64,000 bases of DNA from an uncultured virus (IMG/VR IMGVR_UViG_3300028833_000080) (taxonomy: Duplodnaviria > Heunggongvirae > Uroviricota > Caudoviricetes), in IMG/VR virus record IMGVR_UViG_3300028833_000080. One strand, given 5' to 3'. The notes beneath the pieces are model-generated. The model did no database searches. It was not told the DNA's origin and saw only the letters and a list, made by a program, of their open reading frames with translations. The position numbers and the translations under genes are program-made. Below, piece after piece: positions 46,915 through 57,978 of the stretch (positions are counted from its first letter, which is position 1; every line of letters begins with the position of its first letter).

Positions 46915-48369
46915 TTGACTAATCAAGAGTTTATAGATAAAATAGCTCCTTTGCATATTAAATATGCAAAAAAATATGGATATAACATAGTTTCTGCGGC
47001 AATCGGTCAAGCTTGCTTAGAATCTGCCTATGGAACATCTGATAAAGCACAACATAATAACTATTATGGTCTTAAATATAGACCAAATAGAGTTACTACT
47101 AGTAATGGAACTTTTGAAAGTAAAAGCAAGGAACAACTTCCAGATGGTTCTTATATAGAAAAAACTTTTATTTGGTATAGTTTTCCTAATATGGACGCTG
47201 GAGTCGAAGGCTATTATCAATTTATTAATATTTCTAGGTATACCACTGCAAAAACAGCAACTAATCCTAGAGATTATCTACAAGCTTTAAAAAATGCTGG
47301 ATATGCTAGTTCAATTAATTATGTTGATAATATAATGGCAGTGGTAGATAAATGGAATTTAACTAAATATGATGCAATGTTAAATCCAGAACCAGTTCAA
47401 CCAACTGGTTTTACAAATAGTTCTTTAATTTGCTATACAAATTTAAGTCCTAATTATAATCCTCGTTCTAATAGAGGAACAAAAATCCTTAAAATAACAC
47501 CACATCATATGGCAGGGAATATTACAATAGAAAGATGTGGAGAAATTTTTGCTAATCCTAATAGAAAAGGATCTAGTAATTATGGGATAGGAACCGATGG
47601 ACGAATTGGATTATATGTGGAAGAAAAAAATAGAGCATGGACTTCTGGAAATGCTGATAATGACTACGTTGCAGTAACAATAGAAGTCGCTAATGATGGC
47701 GGAGCTCCTGACTGGCATGTTTCAGACAAAGCTTTAGAATCATTAATCAATCTTTGCGTAGATATATGTAAAAGAAATGGAATTAAACAACTTAATTATA
47801 CAGGAGATAAAACAGGCAATTTGACTATGCATTGCATGTTTCAAGCTACAGCATGTCCAGGACCATATTTAAAAAGCAAATTTAAATATATTGAAAATGA
47901 AGTTAATAAGCGGCTAGGGGGATCTCCGAATCCTGTCATTCCTACTCCGACACCAGCACCCGCCGCTTCATATCCAAATCCGCCTTTCTTAGTAGATGTA
48001 TTAATAGATAATTTAAATATTAGAACCTCTCCTAATGGAGCTGTAACAGGTAAATACACAGGTAAAGGTATCTTTACTATTGTTGAGGTTTCTGGAGATT
48101 GGGGAAGGCTAAAATCTGGAGCGGGCTGGATTTATTTGGCTGATCCAAGTTATGTAAGAATTGAGTCAAATTCAAATATATTTACTCCATATTTGGTAAG
48201 AATTAATACAGAAACATTAAATGTAAGAAAGGGACCTGGAACTAATTATCCTGTAGTAACAACTGTGCATAAACCATCTGTTTATACTATTGTTGGAGAG
48301 GAAAATGGATGGGGAAAGCTTAAATCTGGTGTAGGATATATTTGCTTAGAATATACTATAAAAATTTAG
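46915..48369 (+). CDS. Endolysin: GH73 glucosaminidase + Amidase_2 + two SH3b domains
   Basis: QACLESAYG..NNYYGLK..GYAS; ITPHHMAG..SSNYGIG..AWTS..TACPG; LNVRKGPGT..WGKLKSG. Confidence 0.92.
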   Translation: MTNQEFIDKIAPLHIKYAKKYGYNIVSAAIGQACLESAYGTSDKAQHNNYYGLKYRPNRVTTSNGTFESKSKEQLPDGSYIEKTFIWYSFPNMDAGVEGYYQFINISRYTTAKTATNPRDYLQALKNAGYASSINYVDNIMAVVDKWNLTKYDAMLNPEPVQPTGFTNSSLICYTNLSPNYNPRSNRGTKILKITPHHMAGNITIERCGEIFANPNRKGSSNYGIGTDGRIGLYVEEKNRAWTSGNADNDYVAVTIEVANDGGAPDWHVSDKALESLINLCVDICKRNGIKQLNYTGDKTGNLTMHCMFQATACPGPYLKSKFKYIENEVNKRLGGSPNPVIPTPTPAPAASYPNPPFLVDVLIDNLNIRTSPNGAVTGKYTGKGIFTIVEVSGDWGRLKSGAGWIYLADPSYVRIESNSNIFTPYLVRINTETLNVRKGPGTNYPVVTTVHKPSVYTIVGEENGWGKLKSGVGYICLEYTIKI

Positions 48370-48550
48370 AGTGGATTTTTATCCACTCTTTTTTTTATGC
48401 CCATTTTTATTAATTATATGTAAAAAATACTATGTAATTTAAAATAATGGCAATAGAATTCAAAAGAGCTTAGTTACAGAAGGATAAATGTTGACTTTTT
48501 AAAAATTTTATGTTATAATATATATAAGAATGAAAAGAAAGGAAAAAAAT

Positions 48551-50461
48551 ATGGGAAAATTATATAATGAAGATTCCATACAGTCACTCTCACCTCGTGA
48601 CTTTACTAGACTTAGGCCTGGAGTCTACGCGGGTAGCACTGAGTATAGTACTCAATTATTGATAGAAATTGTATCTAATGCAATAGATGAGTGGAGTGTA
48701 GGACATGGAAATATAATTAACGTAGATTATCAAGATGATGGTTCATGCAGAGTAGAAGATTTTGCACAGGGATTTCCTGTTAATGTTATACGTGAAGATG
48801 GAGAAACTGTTCTTCAAGCTTCTTTTGATGTATTAAATACTTCAGGTAAATTTACAGATGATGGAGTTTATGAAGGAACTGCATTAGGTCTTAATGGTAT
48901 TGGTTCTAAGTTAACAAATTTCTTATCTAAAAGACTTGTAGTAAATACTTATAGAGATGGACAGATAGAACGTGTTCTTTTTATTGATGGTATTTTCAAT
49001 AGAAGAGATGTAGGAAAACAGGGAGAGGCTCATACTGGCACTATTGTAGATTGGACTCCAGATCCGCAGTTTTTTAATCATCCACAGATTGATGTAGATA
49101 GAATTAAGAAATTATTTCATGTATTAACTTGTCTTTGTAAAGGATTAACAATTAATTTAACCCATAATGAAAAAGATAAAATTACTTATTATTCAGAGAA
49201 TGGATTGAACGATCTTGTTAATGATATTGCAAAAGATAATGAAATAATTAATAATAGATTAAATATTAACTTTGCGGAAGGTAAAAATAAACTTGACTTT
49301 GTATTGACATATACAACTAACTATTCACTTAATATGATTAGTTATGTTAACACAGGTGAAACAGATAGTGGACCTCATATAACTCAGATTAAATCTCTTA
49401 TAACTAGAGAATTTAATAAATTTTTTAAAGAAAAAGGCTGGCTTAAAGACAAAGATAGTAATCTCGAGGGATCGGATATACAGGAGGGAATGCTAGTTGC
49501 ATTTAATATTACAGCTCCTGGTATATCATACGATGCCCAGACAAAAAGTCGTATAGTCAAACTTGATATGACACCATTCACTGGAGTATTAGCTGAAAAT
49601 ATCCAGACTTGGTTGAGTTATAATGAGAAAGATATTAAGATAATCTTTGATAAGGCGATTTCCGCTCGTAAAGCTAGAGAAGCAGCTAAGAAAGCTAGAG
49701 ATGCAGCTCGTGAAGTTAAACCAAAAGATAAAAAGAAACAGCTTCTTAATATGCCTACAAAACTTGTTGATTGTTGGGGCAAAGATAGAGCTAAATGTGA
49801 GCTTTTAATCGCGGAAGGTGATTCAGCGGCTTCTGGACTTGTAGAAGCAAGAGATTCAGAAATTCATGCAGTATTTCCAATCCGAGGAAAAATTATTGCT
49901 GCATATAAAAATTCAAGTGAAAAAATCTTTGCTAATCAAGAAGTTGTAAATCTTATTAAAGCAATTGGACTAGAATTAAATCCAGTAACAAAAAAACTTA
50001 TTTATGATACAAAAAAACTTAGGTATGGAAAAATTCTTCTTTGCGCAGATGCTGACCCCGATGGAGCCAGTATTAGAAACCTTTTAATTGAAATGTTTTG
50101 GTGGTTGTGTCCAGAGTTAATTCTCAATGGACATATATATACAACTATGCCACCTTTGTTTAGAATTACAACAAAGAAAAATGAATATATTTATTTAAAA
50201 GATGCAACTGCACTCGATGAATATAAAACACAGCATCAAGGAGAAAAATTCCAGGTTAATAGAAATAAGGGTCTTGGTGAACAGGATTCAGACGAGCTTA
50301 ATGAAGCATTGCTCGATCCCGCCACAAGAAACATTGCTCAGTTAACAGTAGAAGATGAAAAGCAAGCTGCTGTATTAATTGAAACTTTGCTTGGACCTAG
50401 TGTACCGCCTAGACGAGCTTACTTATTACAACATGCAGAGGAGGCAAATGATTGTGACTAA
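48551..50461 (+). CDS. gyrB: DNA gyrase/topoisomerase II subunit B
   Basis: EIVSNAIDE, GLNGIG, EGDSA, PIRGK, DADPDG, KGLGE. Confidence 0.92.
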   Translation: MGKLYNEDSIQSLSPRDFTRLRPGVYAGSTEYSTQLLIEIVSNAIDEWSVGHGNIINVDYQDDGSCRVEDFAQGFPVNVIREDGETVLQASFDVLNTSGKFTDDGVYEGTALGLNGIGSKLTNFLSKRLVVNTYRDGQIERVLFIDGIFNRRDVGKQGEAHTGTIVDWTPDPQFFNHPQIDVDRIKKLFHVLTCLCKGLTINLTHNEKDKITYYSENGLNDLVNDIAKDNEIINNRLNINFAEGKNKLDFVLTYTTNYSLNMISYVNTGETDSGPHITQIKSLITREFNKFFKEKGWLKDKDSNLEGSDIQEGMLVAFNITAPGISYDAQTKSRIVKLDMTPFTGVLAENIQTWLSYNEKDIKIIFDKAISARKAREAAKKARDAAREVKPKDKKKQLLNMPTKLVDCWGKDRAKCELLIAEGDSAASGLVEARDSEIHAVFPIRGKIIAAYKNSSEKIFANQEVVNLIKAIGLELNPVTKKLIYDTKKLRYGKILLCADADPDGASIRNLLIEMFWWLCPELILNGHIYTTMPPLFRITTKKNEYIYLKDATALDEYKTQHQGEKFQVNRNKGLGEQDSDELNEALLDPATRNIAQLTVEDEKQAAVLIETLLGPSVPPRRAYLLQHAEEANDCD

Positions 50462-52802
50462 TATGGATATAACAAAAGAATTAGGTCAAAACTTTCTTGA
50501 TTTTAGTTTTGAAGCCAACTGTCAGCGAGCATTTGCGGATGCACGAGATGGTTTAAAACCAGGTCAAAGAGCCTGTCTTTGGGAAATGTTTACAAAAGGT
50601 TATTTAAGTAATAAACCCCATGTAAAATCTGCAAAAATCTCTGGTGGAGTTATAGCAAGTTGGTGGCCGCATGGTGATACTGCCATTTATGAAACATTTG
50701 CTAGAATGTCTCAGCCTTGGATTAATAATATTCCTGAAGTAGATTGGCATGGTGCCAATGGTTCTATTCAAATTAGCGGGGAGCCTGCAGCAAGTAGATA
50801 TACCGAAGCCCGCCTTGCTAAAGTTACTGAAGAAGGGATGTTAGAAGGAATTAAAAAACATAATGTTCCTATGATTAAAAACTTTAGTGAAGATGATGAA
50901 TGGCCCCAGGTATTTCCTGCATTACTTCCTAGACTTATGGTAAATGGTTGTCAAGGTATTGGCTCAACTATTGCAAATGTTTGGTTAACCCATAGTCTTT
51001 CTGATGTAGCTAGAATTATTAATAATTATCTTACTACTGGAGAGATTGACTATTCAGATATCGCCCCTAGTTTTCCTTCTGGCGGAATTATTATTAATAA
51101 AAATGACCTTCCCGCAATCTATAAAACAGGTAAGGGAAAAGTTATTTTAAGAGGCAGAGCTGAAATAAAAGGAAAAAATATTCTGATAACAGAAATTCCT
51201 TATCAGGTTTATGTTGAACCTTTTATTGCTCAAATAAAAGAATTGATTGAAAAAGATGAATTAAATGGCATCTCAAATATTTTAAATAAAAGTGATAAGA
51301 AAAAACTTTTAATTGAAATTGAATGTGATGAAAGTCCAGCATCAGTTCTTACTCAGTTATACAGAAAAACAAGTTTTCAAAAATCATATTCTGCTAATCA
51401 GTATGCTCTTGTAGGTAAAACACCTGAGTTATTAAATCTTAAACAATATCTCGATATTTACCTTCAGCATAATTATGATTGCATTAAAAGAGAACATGAA
51501 TTTGATTTAGCAAAAGCAAAAGATAGACTTGAAATTGTAGAAGGTCTTATAAAAGCATTAGAGAATATTGATAATATTATTGCTTTAATTAAGGCTAGTG
51601 AAAGTGCCGCTACCGCTTGCCAAAATCTTATTAAAAAATATAATTTTACAGAACGACAAGCTAAAGCTATCGTAGATATGAAATTAGGTCGATTAGCTCA
51701 TTTGGAGAAGATTGAACTTAATGAAGAAAAAACAGAACTAACTTCAACAATAGCAAAATGTGAAGAAATAATTAAAAATATTGATAAACAAAAAGAAATT
51801 TATCTTAATAGATTTAATTCTTTTGTAAAAAAATATGGTAAAGAAGGAAGAAAAACTGAATTAACTCAAATTGATATTAAACCAGAGGAAAAAGAAATTG
51901 CTGAAGTTGTTCCTATTGATGTAGTAGTAGTTACAACAGAATCTGGATTAATTAAAAAAGTCCCTGTATCTAATTTTAAAGTGCAGAAACGTGGCGGAAT
52001 TGGTGTTAAATCAACTGATGATGCAATTATGTCAGCTATTAAGACAAATACAGTTGATTATATGATGTTCTTTACTCAAACGGGGAAGATGTATCGAACT
52101 ATTGTCGATAATATTCCTGATGGAACTAATACAACAAAAGGAGTACCAATCAATAGTTTAGTAAAACTTGAGTCTAATGAAAAAGTAATTGCCGTTACTT
52201 CACTTCATAGACAAAAGCTTCCTCAATTTGCAATTTTTATAACTAAACAAGGTATTATTAAAAAGAGTTTCTTAAGTGAATATCTTGGTGCAAAGAAAAA
52301 TGCAGGAATTGCTGCTCTAAAGCTTAAAGATGGGGATTCAGTAGCTAAGGTGTCATTTCAAGATGATGAAGATATAATTATCATTACTAAAAATGGTATG
52401 AGTATTAAATTTGGAACAAAAGAAATTGGAGCCATTGGTAGAACTGCGACAGGTGTAGTTGGAATTAAACTTAATGATAATGATGAAGTAGTAACTGCGC
52501 TTCCAGTACATAAAGATACTGATACAGTAGGGTTATTCACTTCTGGGGGAATGGGTAAAAAACTTAATTTAGCAGACTTCCCGCTTCAGGGAAGAGGCGG
52601 CAAAGGTACTACTTGTTATAAACTTGATCCTGGAGTAAGGATTGTTGGTGCTGCAATGTTATCTGATGAAGATAATATTCTTGTAAGTGGAACTAAATCA
52701 TCTATATGCATTTCCGCAAAAGATGTTCCACTTCAAACAAAACCTTCACAAGGAAGTATTATTGTTAAAAATAATTTAGTTAATTCAATAACTAAACTTT
52801 AA
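50448..52802 (+). CDS. gyrA: DNA gyrase subunit A
   Basis: DGLKPGQR, PHGD, AASRYTE catalytic Tyr, GyrA-box-like QKRGGIG, C-terminal pinwheel repeats. Confidence 0.92.
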   Translation: MIVTNMDITKELGQNFLDFSFEANCQRAFADARDGLKPGQRACLWEMFTKGYLSNKPHVKSAKISGGVIASWWPHGDTAIYETFARMSQPWINNIPEVDWHGANGSIQISGEPAASRYTEARLAKVTEEGMLEGIKKHNVPMIKNFSEDDEWPQVFPALLPRLMVNGCQGIGSTIANVWLTHSLSDVARIINNYLTTGEIDYSDIAPSFPSGGIIINKNDLPAIYKTGKGKVILRGRAEIKGKNILITEIPYQVYVEPFIAQIKELIEKDELNGISNILNKSDKKKLLIEIECDESPASVLTQLYRKTSFQKSYSANQYALVGKTPELLNLKQYLDIYLQHNYDCIKREHEFDLAKAKDRLEIVEGLIKALENIDNIIALIKASESAATACQNLIKKYNFTERQAKAIVDMKLGRLAHLEKIELNEEKTELTSTIAKCEEIIKNIDKQKEIYLNRFNSFVKKYGKEGRKTELTQIDIKPEEKEIAEVVPIDVVVVTTESGLIKKVPVSNFKVQKRGGIGVKSTDDAIMSAIKTNTVDYMMFFTQTGKMYRTIVDNIPDGTNTTKGVPINSLVKLESNEKVIAVTSLHRQKLPQFAIFITKQGIIKKSFLSEYLGAKKNAGIAALKLKDGDSVAKVSFQDDEDIIIITKNGMSIKFGTKEIGAIGRTATGVVGIKLNDNDEVVTALPVHKDTDTVGLFTSGGMGKKLNLADFPLQGRGGKGTTCYKLDPGVRIVGAAMLSDEDNILVSGTKSSICISAKDVPLQTKPSQGSIIVKNNLVNSITKL

Positions 52803-52962
52803 AAGGAATACCCTTGACAAACTCAAAAATTTTTAATATAATTTTTAAAGAGAGTTAAAAATTAAAAGGTTAGATAAAATAAATCTAGCCTTTTAATTTT
52901 ATCTATTGACATTTTAAAAAAATTATGATATAATTATTATATAATAAAAGAGGAAATGTTAA

Positions 52963-54924
52963 ATGGACCAAACAACAAAAGATATAAGAGGATTGATAGA
53001 TAAATTAAATTACTTTACTAAATTATATGATAAAGGAACCCCGCAGATTTCTGATAAAGAATGGGATAATCTTTATTTTCAGTTAATTAATCTTGAGCAG
53101 CAAACTGGAATTATTTATCCAGATTCGCCAACTCAGTCTATTAGTTATACAGTTAAATCAAAATTAGATAAAGTAATCCATGACCAACCGCCTATGCTAA
53201 GCCTTGATAAAACAAAAGATATTGATATTGTTTCTTCTTTTGTTAAAGAACATGATTGGTTTGGTATGTTTAAACTTGACGGATTATCAGCTCGTTTAAT
53301 TTATTCTAATGGTAATTTAATTCAGGCATCAACAAGAGGTAATGGTGTTGAGGGAGAGGATGTAACTCATAATGCAATGGTAATATCAAATATTCCTAAA
53401 TCTATTCCTAATCTAGAACTCACTATTGTTGATGGTGAAATTATTTGTGATTTAGATACTTTTAATACAGAATTTAAAAATATCTTTGCAAATCCTAGAA
53501 ATATGGCGGCAGGCTCTATTAGACAACTGTCTAGCAAAGAGTGCGCAGCTCGTAAATTATCATTTATTGCATGGGATTTAATTAAAGGTTGTAATGATAT
53601 AGATTTTAATTTTCGTAGGTTGGAGCAACTCGATGATTGGGGTTTTGATACAGTTCCTAGAGTTGGAGATGCGGAAACAATAGAAGATGCAATAAAAATA
53701 TTGGATGAAATGAGAAATGAATATCCTTATAGTGTTTGTCCTATTGATGGCTATGTATTTAAGTTTGAAAGTAAAAAATATTGTGAATCATGTGGAAGAA
53801 CTGAGCATCACTTTAATTCAGCACTAGCTTACAAATTTTATGATGAGGATTATGAAACAGAACTTCTTGATATAGAATGGTCTATGGGTAGAACAGGAGT
53901 TCTTACTCCAGTTGCTATATTTAAACCTATTGATATAGATGGTACTATCATAGAGCGTGCATCTTTGCATAATTTGTCTGTATTAAGAGATACATTAGGT
54001 AGATATCCAGAACAAAATCAAAAAATCTGGGTGGCAAAGATGAATATGATTATTCCGCAAATAACAAGAGCAAATAAGAATGATATTTTCCATGACCATA
54101 TTTTAGATAATGGAATTTGTACTACTTGTCCTATATGTGGCGAACCTACAAAAATAGTTCAAAGTGATAGTGGAGTTTATAATGTAATATGCGGGAATCT
54201 GTCTTGCGAGGGAAAACTCCTGAATCGTGTAGATCATTTTCTAGGTATTAAAGGTTTAAATGTAAAAGGAATATCTAAAGCTACTATTAGTAAACTTATA
54301 GATTGGGGATGGATTAATGAACTTAATGACATTTATAATCTCGAACAATATAGAACTGAGTGGGAATCTAAATCAGGATTTGGAAAAGCTTCAGTTAATA
54401 AAATATTGGATGCCATTAATGCGGAGGGGCGACACCCAAAGCTTGAATCATTTATATCGGCTATTGGGATTCCTCTCGTCGGAAAAGCGGTCGCCAAAGA
54501 AATCGTTAAATACTATCCCACTTGGGAAGAATTTAAAGCGGCTATTGGCGGAAATTGGACTGAATTTGAAGGATTTGGTCCAGAAATAAGTAAAGCAATT
54601 AACAATTTTAATTATACTGAGGCGGATGAATGTGCGGGAATATTAGACTTCATACAGCCAGAGATTCAGTCTGAAGTTGCCCTAACCGCTGCAATTAAAG
54701 ATAAAACTTTTGTTATTACTGGCAAAGTAATAAATTATAAAAACCGAGATGAATTGAAAGCAGAAATTGAGTCTCTCGGCGGGAAAGTAGCTAGTTCAAT
54801 ATCATCAAAAACTGATTATTTAATTAATAACGATATTAATTCTACTTCAAGCAAGAATAAAAAAGCTAAAGAACTAGGTATTCCAATTATTAGCGAAGAA
54901 CAGTATCTTTTAATGAGAGATTAA
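52963..54924 (+). CDS. ligA: NAD-dependent DNA ligase
   Basis: MLSLDK, KLDG, TRGNG, NPRN, GRTG, Zn finger, C-terminal BRCT. Confidence 0.95.
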   Translation: MDQTTKDIRGLIDKLNYFTKLYDKGTPQISDKEWDNLYFQLINLEQQTGIIYPDSPTQSISYTVKSKLDKVIHDQPPMLSLDKTKDIDIVSSFVKEHDWFGMFKLDGLSARLIYSNGNLIQASTRGNGVEGEDVTHNAMVISNIPKSIPNLELTIVDGEIICDLDTFNTEFKNIFANPRNMAAGSIRQLSSKECAARKLSFIAWDLIKGCNDIDFNFRRLEQLDDWGFDTVPRVGDAETIEDAIKILDEMRNEYPYSVCPIDGYVFKFESKKYCESCGRTEHHFNSALAYKFYDEDYETELLDIEWSMGRTGVLTPVAIFKPIDIDGTIIERASLHNLSVLRDTLGRYPEQNQKIWVAKMNMIIPQITRANKNDIFHDHILDNGICTTCPICGEPTKIVQSDSGVYNVICGNLSCEGKLLNRVDHFLGIKGLNVKGISKATISKLIDWGWINELNDIYNLEQYRTEWESKSGFGKASVNKILDAINAEGRHPKLESFISAIGIPLVGKAVAKEIVKYYPTWEEFKAAIGGNWTEFEGFGPEISKAINNFNYTEADECAGILDFIQPEIQSEVALTAAIKDKTFVITGKVINYKNRDELKAEIESLGGKVASSISSKTDYLINNDINSTSSKNKKAKELGIPIISEEQYLLMRD

Positions 54925-55152
54925 TCATCCACTACTTGCAAAAAAGTAAAATTTTTAGTATAATATATATATAAGTTAAAGGAAATAAAAATTTTTATAT
55001 TTTAGACTGAATCGGACATTAACTTGCAAAATATAAAAATTTTTGTTATAATATATGTATAAAAGGTAGATATATTTTATATACTTACTTTTATATAATA
55101 GTAGTTTAAAAATAATAAAAAAATTGTATGAAACAAAGGAGAACAAAAAATT

Positions 55153-55461
55153 ATGAAACCTGTATCTGAGAAATCATTAACAGTACTTGATTATCTTAAG
55201 GCTAATGAGGATGCAAATCTTACCGCAGCTGATATTGCTGAAGCACTTGGTATGGAGAAGAAAACAGTTGATGGCGTTGTAACCGCTGGTCTTATTAGAA
55301 ATAAGAACCTTGTAGAGAGAGTTCCCGCTGAGATCGAGATGGAAGATGGAACCACAAAGCCCATCAAGCTTATTAAGTTGACTGAGGCTGGTAAGGCTTA
55401 TGACCATGACGCAGTTGTTGCAGCTTATGAGGCTGAGCAGGCTGCAGCTAAGGCTGAGTAA
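55153..55461 (+). CDS. Winged-helix DNA-binding protein
   Basis: LTAADIAEALGMEKKTV...IKLTEAG. Confidence 0.7.
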   Translation: MKPVSEKSLTVLDYLKANEDANLTAADIAEALGMEKKTVDGVVTAGLIRNKNLVERVPAEIEMEDGTTKPIKLIKLTEAGKAYDHDAVVAAYEAEQAAAKAE

Positions 55462-55551
55462 TAAATTTTTATTTTGACAATTAAATATTGGTGTAAGGAG
55501 AGGAAATACCTCTCCTTATTTTTTAACTGGATATAAAAGGAGTTGTATAAT

Positions 55552-56526
55552 ATGCTAATATTAAATATTATACTATTAATCATTGGTATATTATTATTTA
55601 TTTATTCTCTTTATTCTTTAAAACATACAAAACAAATTAATAATAGTATTATTAAGCAAAATGAAGAAATAGAAAATAAAAATAAAGAATTAAGAGAAGA
55701 AACAATAGCTTTAAAAAATAATTATGATAGTTTATCGATGACTAAAGTTATTTTAAATAATGCTATTGAAAAAGATAAAGAAAGATTGAAAGAAATTCAA
55801 TCTACAATTAATTCTTCTACAAAAGCAAAAGAGGAATTATCTAAAAAAGCTTTTGAAAATTATTGTGAAGTCCTTGATAAGCAATATAATGAATGTGAAG
55901 AAGAATATAACCAATATAAAGATGCATTAGAAACTGCATATGCTAATAGACAGTTAGAATTATTGCAAGAATTAGATAGAGTTCAAAAAGATCTTACCCA
56001 GATAAAAGCTACACGAACTGCCGCCATACAAGCTCAAACAAGAGAAAAAGAAATAGAAGAAAAGCTTTCTTTCTATTGTTTAACTATTCCAGAATCAGAT
56101 ATTAAAGATATTGGTGTATTAGAGGCGGTTGCTCCAAAGCTTTCTAAACCTAGAATTTTATGGATGTTGATTTGGCAAACGTTTTTTAGAACTCCTATGA
56201 CAACTCTTTGCAATCAAGTTATAGGCACTACTGTTAAAAGTGGAATTTATAAAATAACTAATATTAAAACAAAAGAGTGTTATATTGGGCAAGCCATAGA
56301 TCTGGCTTCCCGCTGGAAAGATCACGCTAAATGCGGTTTACATATAGATACTCCTGCAGGAAATAAGCTATACCAAGCAATGCAAGAATATGGAATATGG
56401 AATTTTTCATGGGAGATTTTAGAAGAAGTGCCTCCCGCCCTATTAGATGAAAAAGAAAAATATTATATAGATTTATATGATGCAAAAAATTTTGGTTATA
56501 ATAAAACTCAAGGAAATTCAAGATAA
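55552..56526 (+). CDS. Membrane-anchored coiled-coil protein with a C-terminal GIY-YIG domain
   Basis: N-terminal TM segment; SGIYKITN..CYIGQA..RW..H; EKYYI..GYN. Confidence 0.8.
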   Translation: MLILNIILLIIGILLFIYSLYSLKHTKQINNSIIKQNEEIENKNKELREETIALKNNYDSLSMTKVILNNAIEKDKERLKEIQSTINSSTKAKEELSKKAFENYCEVLDKQYNECEEEYNQYKDALETAYANRQLELLQELDRVQKDLTQIKATRTAAIQAQTREKEIEEKLSFYCLTIPESDIKDIGVLEAVAPKLSKPRILWMLIWQTFFRTPMTTLCNQVIGTTVKSGIYKITNIKTKECYIGQAIDLASRWKDHAKCGLHIDTPAGNKLYQAMQEYGIWNFSWEILEEVPPALLDEKEKYYIDLYDAKNFGYNKTQGNSR

Positions 56527-56540
56527 AAGGAGAAAATATA

Positions 56541-57185
56541 ATGGTTGATTATGATACACAAAAATTTGAAATCCCTTTGGATGATTTATTAGACATACTT
56601 TCAGAAAATTTAAAAGAAGATACAAAAACATTTGAAGATGTTCTTAATTTAGATGGTGCGCTTCATAGAGAAGTATATCTTTATGATATTAAATCTGGGA
56701 CAGGTTCTTCTATTGATGGATATATTAGATTTTGGAATCAATATGATGATGATCACAATATACCTGTAAATGAAAGAAAACCAATTAAAATTTATATTGA
56801 TTCTTGCGGCGGTTCTTTAACAGATACTTTTACCATTATTGATGCCATTAAAATGAGTAAAACACCAGTTTGGACTATTGCTGTTGGATGCGCATACTCA
56901 GGTGGATTTTTTACTTTCATTTCTGGGCATAAGCGATTTGCGTATCCTCATGCTTCATTCTTATTCCATGAAGGTTCAACACAAAATGGTGGAACAAGTG
57001 GGCAATTTGAAAACTATACCGCTTTTTATAAAAGAATGCTTAATCATCTTAAGGAAATAACTTTGGCAAATACAAATATTACAGAAGCACAATATCAGGA
57101 TATTCGCAAAGACGATATTTGGTATACTGCTGAAGATGGTATTACAGAAGGCTTTGTAGATGAAATTTTAAAGGAGCTTGTATAA
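56541..57185 (+). CDS. ClpP-like protease
   Basis: IKIYIDSCGGS, CAYSGG (Ser), FLFHE (His), DIWYTAED. Confidence 0.85.
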   Translation: MVDYDTQKFEIPLDDLLDILSENLKEDTKTFEDVLNLDGALHREVYLYDIKSGTGSSIDGYIRFWNQYDDDHNIPVNERKPIKIYIDSCGGSLTDTFTIIDAIKMSKTPVWTIAVGCAYSGGFFTFISGHKRFAYPHASFLFHEGSTQNGGTSGQFENYTAFYKRMLNHLKEITLANTNITEAQYQDIRKDDIWYTAEDGITEGFVDEILKELV

Positions 57186-57186
57186 A

Positions 57187-57906
57187 ATGAAATTTGAACG
57201 AACAGCAACATATAACTGGGAGAATGCATTTCACGGACTCCGCCATCCATTTGAGAGCTATGCTAAAGGAGATACTTTATGGTATGATGATACGCCTACA
57301 AATGAAGCTCTTTGCGGGAATCAGGCTATAGAAATAGATAGCCAGAATGCAAAATTTCTTGGTATAGGTCCTAATGATATGGATTTGGCTCAAAGAATGA
57401 TTAAGGCGGGAAGTCCTAATGATAAATTTCTTCGTCAAATTTTTGTGTCTGTTGATATTACAGCTCCGCTCTATCTTTGGAAAGAGCTAGATACTTATAA
57501 GATTGGGACTACAGCCAATTCTACTTCAACTATGCATAAGTTAGCATCTACACCAATAACAAAAGAGTGTTTTGAAATGGATGATTATAATGGTAATCTT
57601 AAATTATATGATAGAGAACCTTATAATATTGATGATTATGTAGATGATATGTGGGACAACATTATCTGCTATTGTGAGACACTCCGTCAAAGATATCTTG
57701 AAACTAAAGATATGAAATATTGGAAAGAGCTTATTCGTATACTTCCAGAGTCTTGGCTTCAGACTAGAACGTGGACAGCTAATTATGCAGTCCTTCGTAA
57801 TATTATACATTGGCGAAAGGGACATAAATTATCTGAGTGGAAACAGTTTATAGACTGGGCCTCCGCACTTCCCTATGCCAATGAGCTTCTACTATTTGAC
57901 AATTAA
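57187..57906 (+). CDS. Divergent ThyX-like (flavin-dependent thymidylate synthase fold) protein
   Basis: KFLRQI..DITAPLY.WKELDTYK..NSTSTMH, LPESW..NY pattern; canonical RHR motif absent. Confidence 0.5.
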   Translation: MKFERTATYNWENAFHGLRHPFESYAKGDTLWYDDTPTNEALCGNQAIEIDSQNAKFLGIGPNDMDLAQRMIKAGSPNDKFLRQIFVSVDITAPLYLWKELDTYKIGTTANSTSTMHKLASTPITKECFEMDDYNGNLKLYDREPYNIDDYVDDMWDNIICYCETLRQRYLETKDMKYWKELIRILPESWLQTRTWTANYAVLRNIIHWRKGHKLSEWKQFIDWASALPYANELLLFDN

Positions 57907-57978
57907 TAAAAATTATGATATAATAAAAATATAAGATGAAAAGTAAAAATGTTTTAATATTTTAGTAGGAGAAAAATA

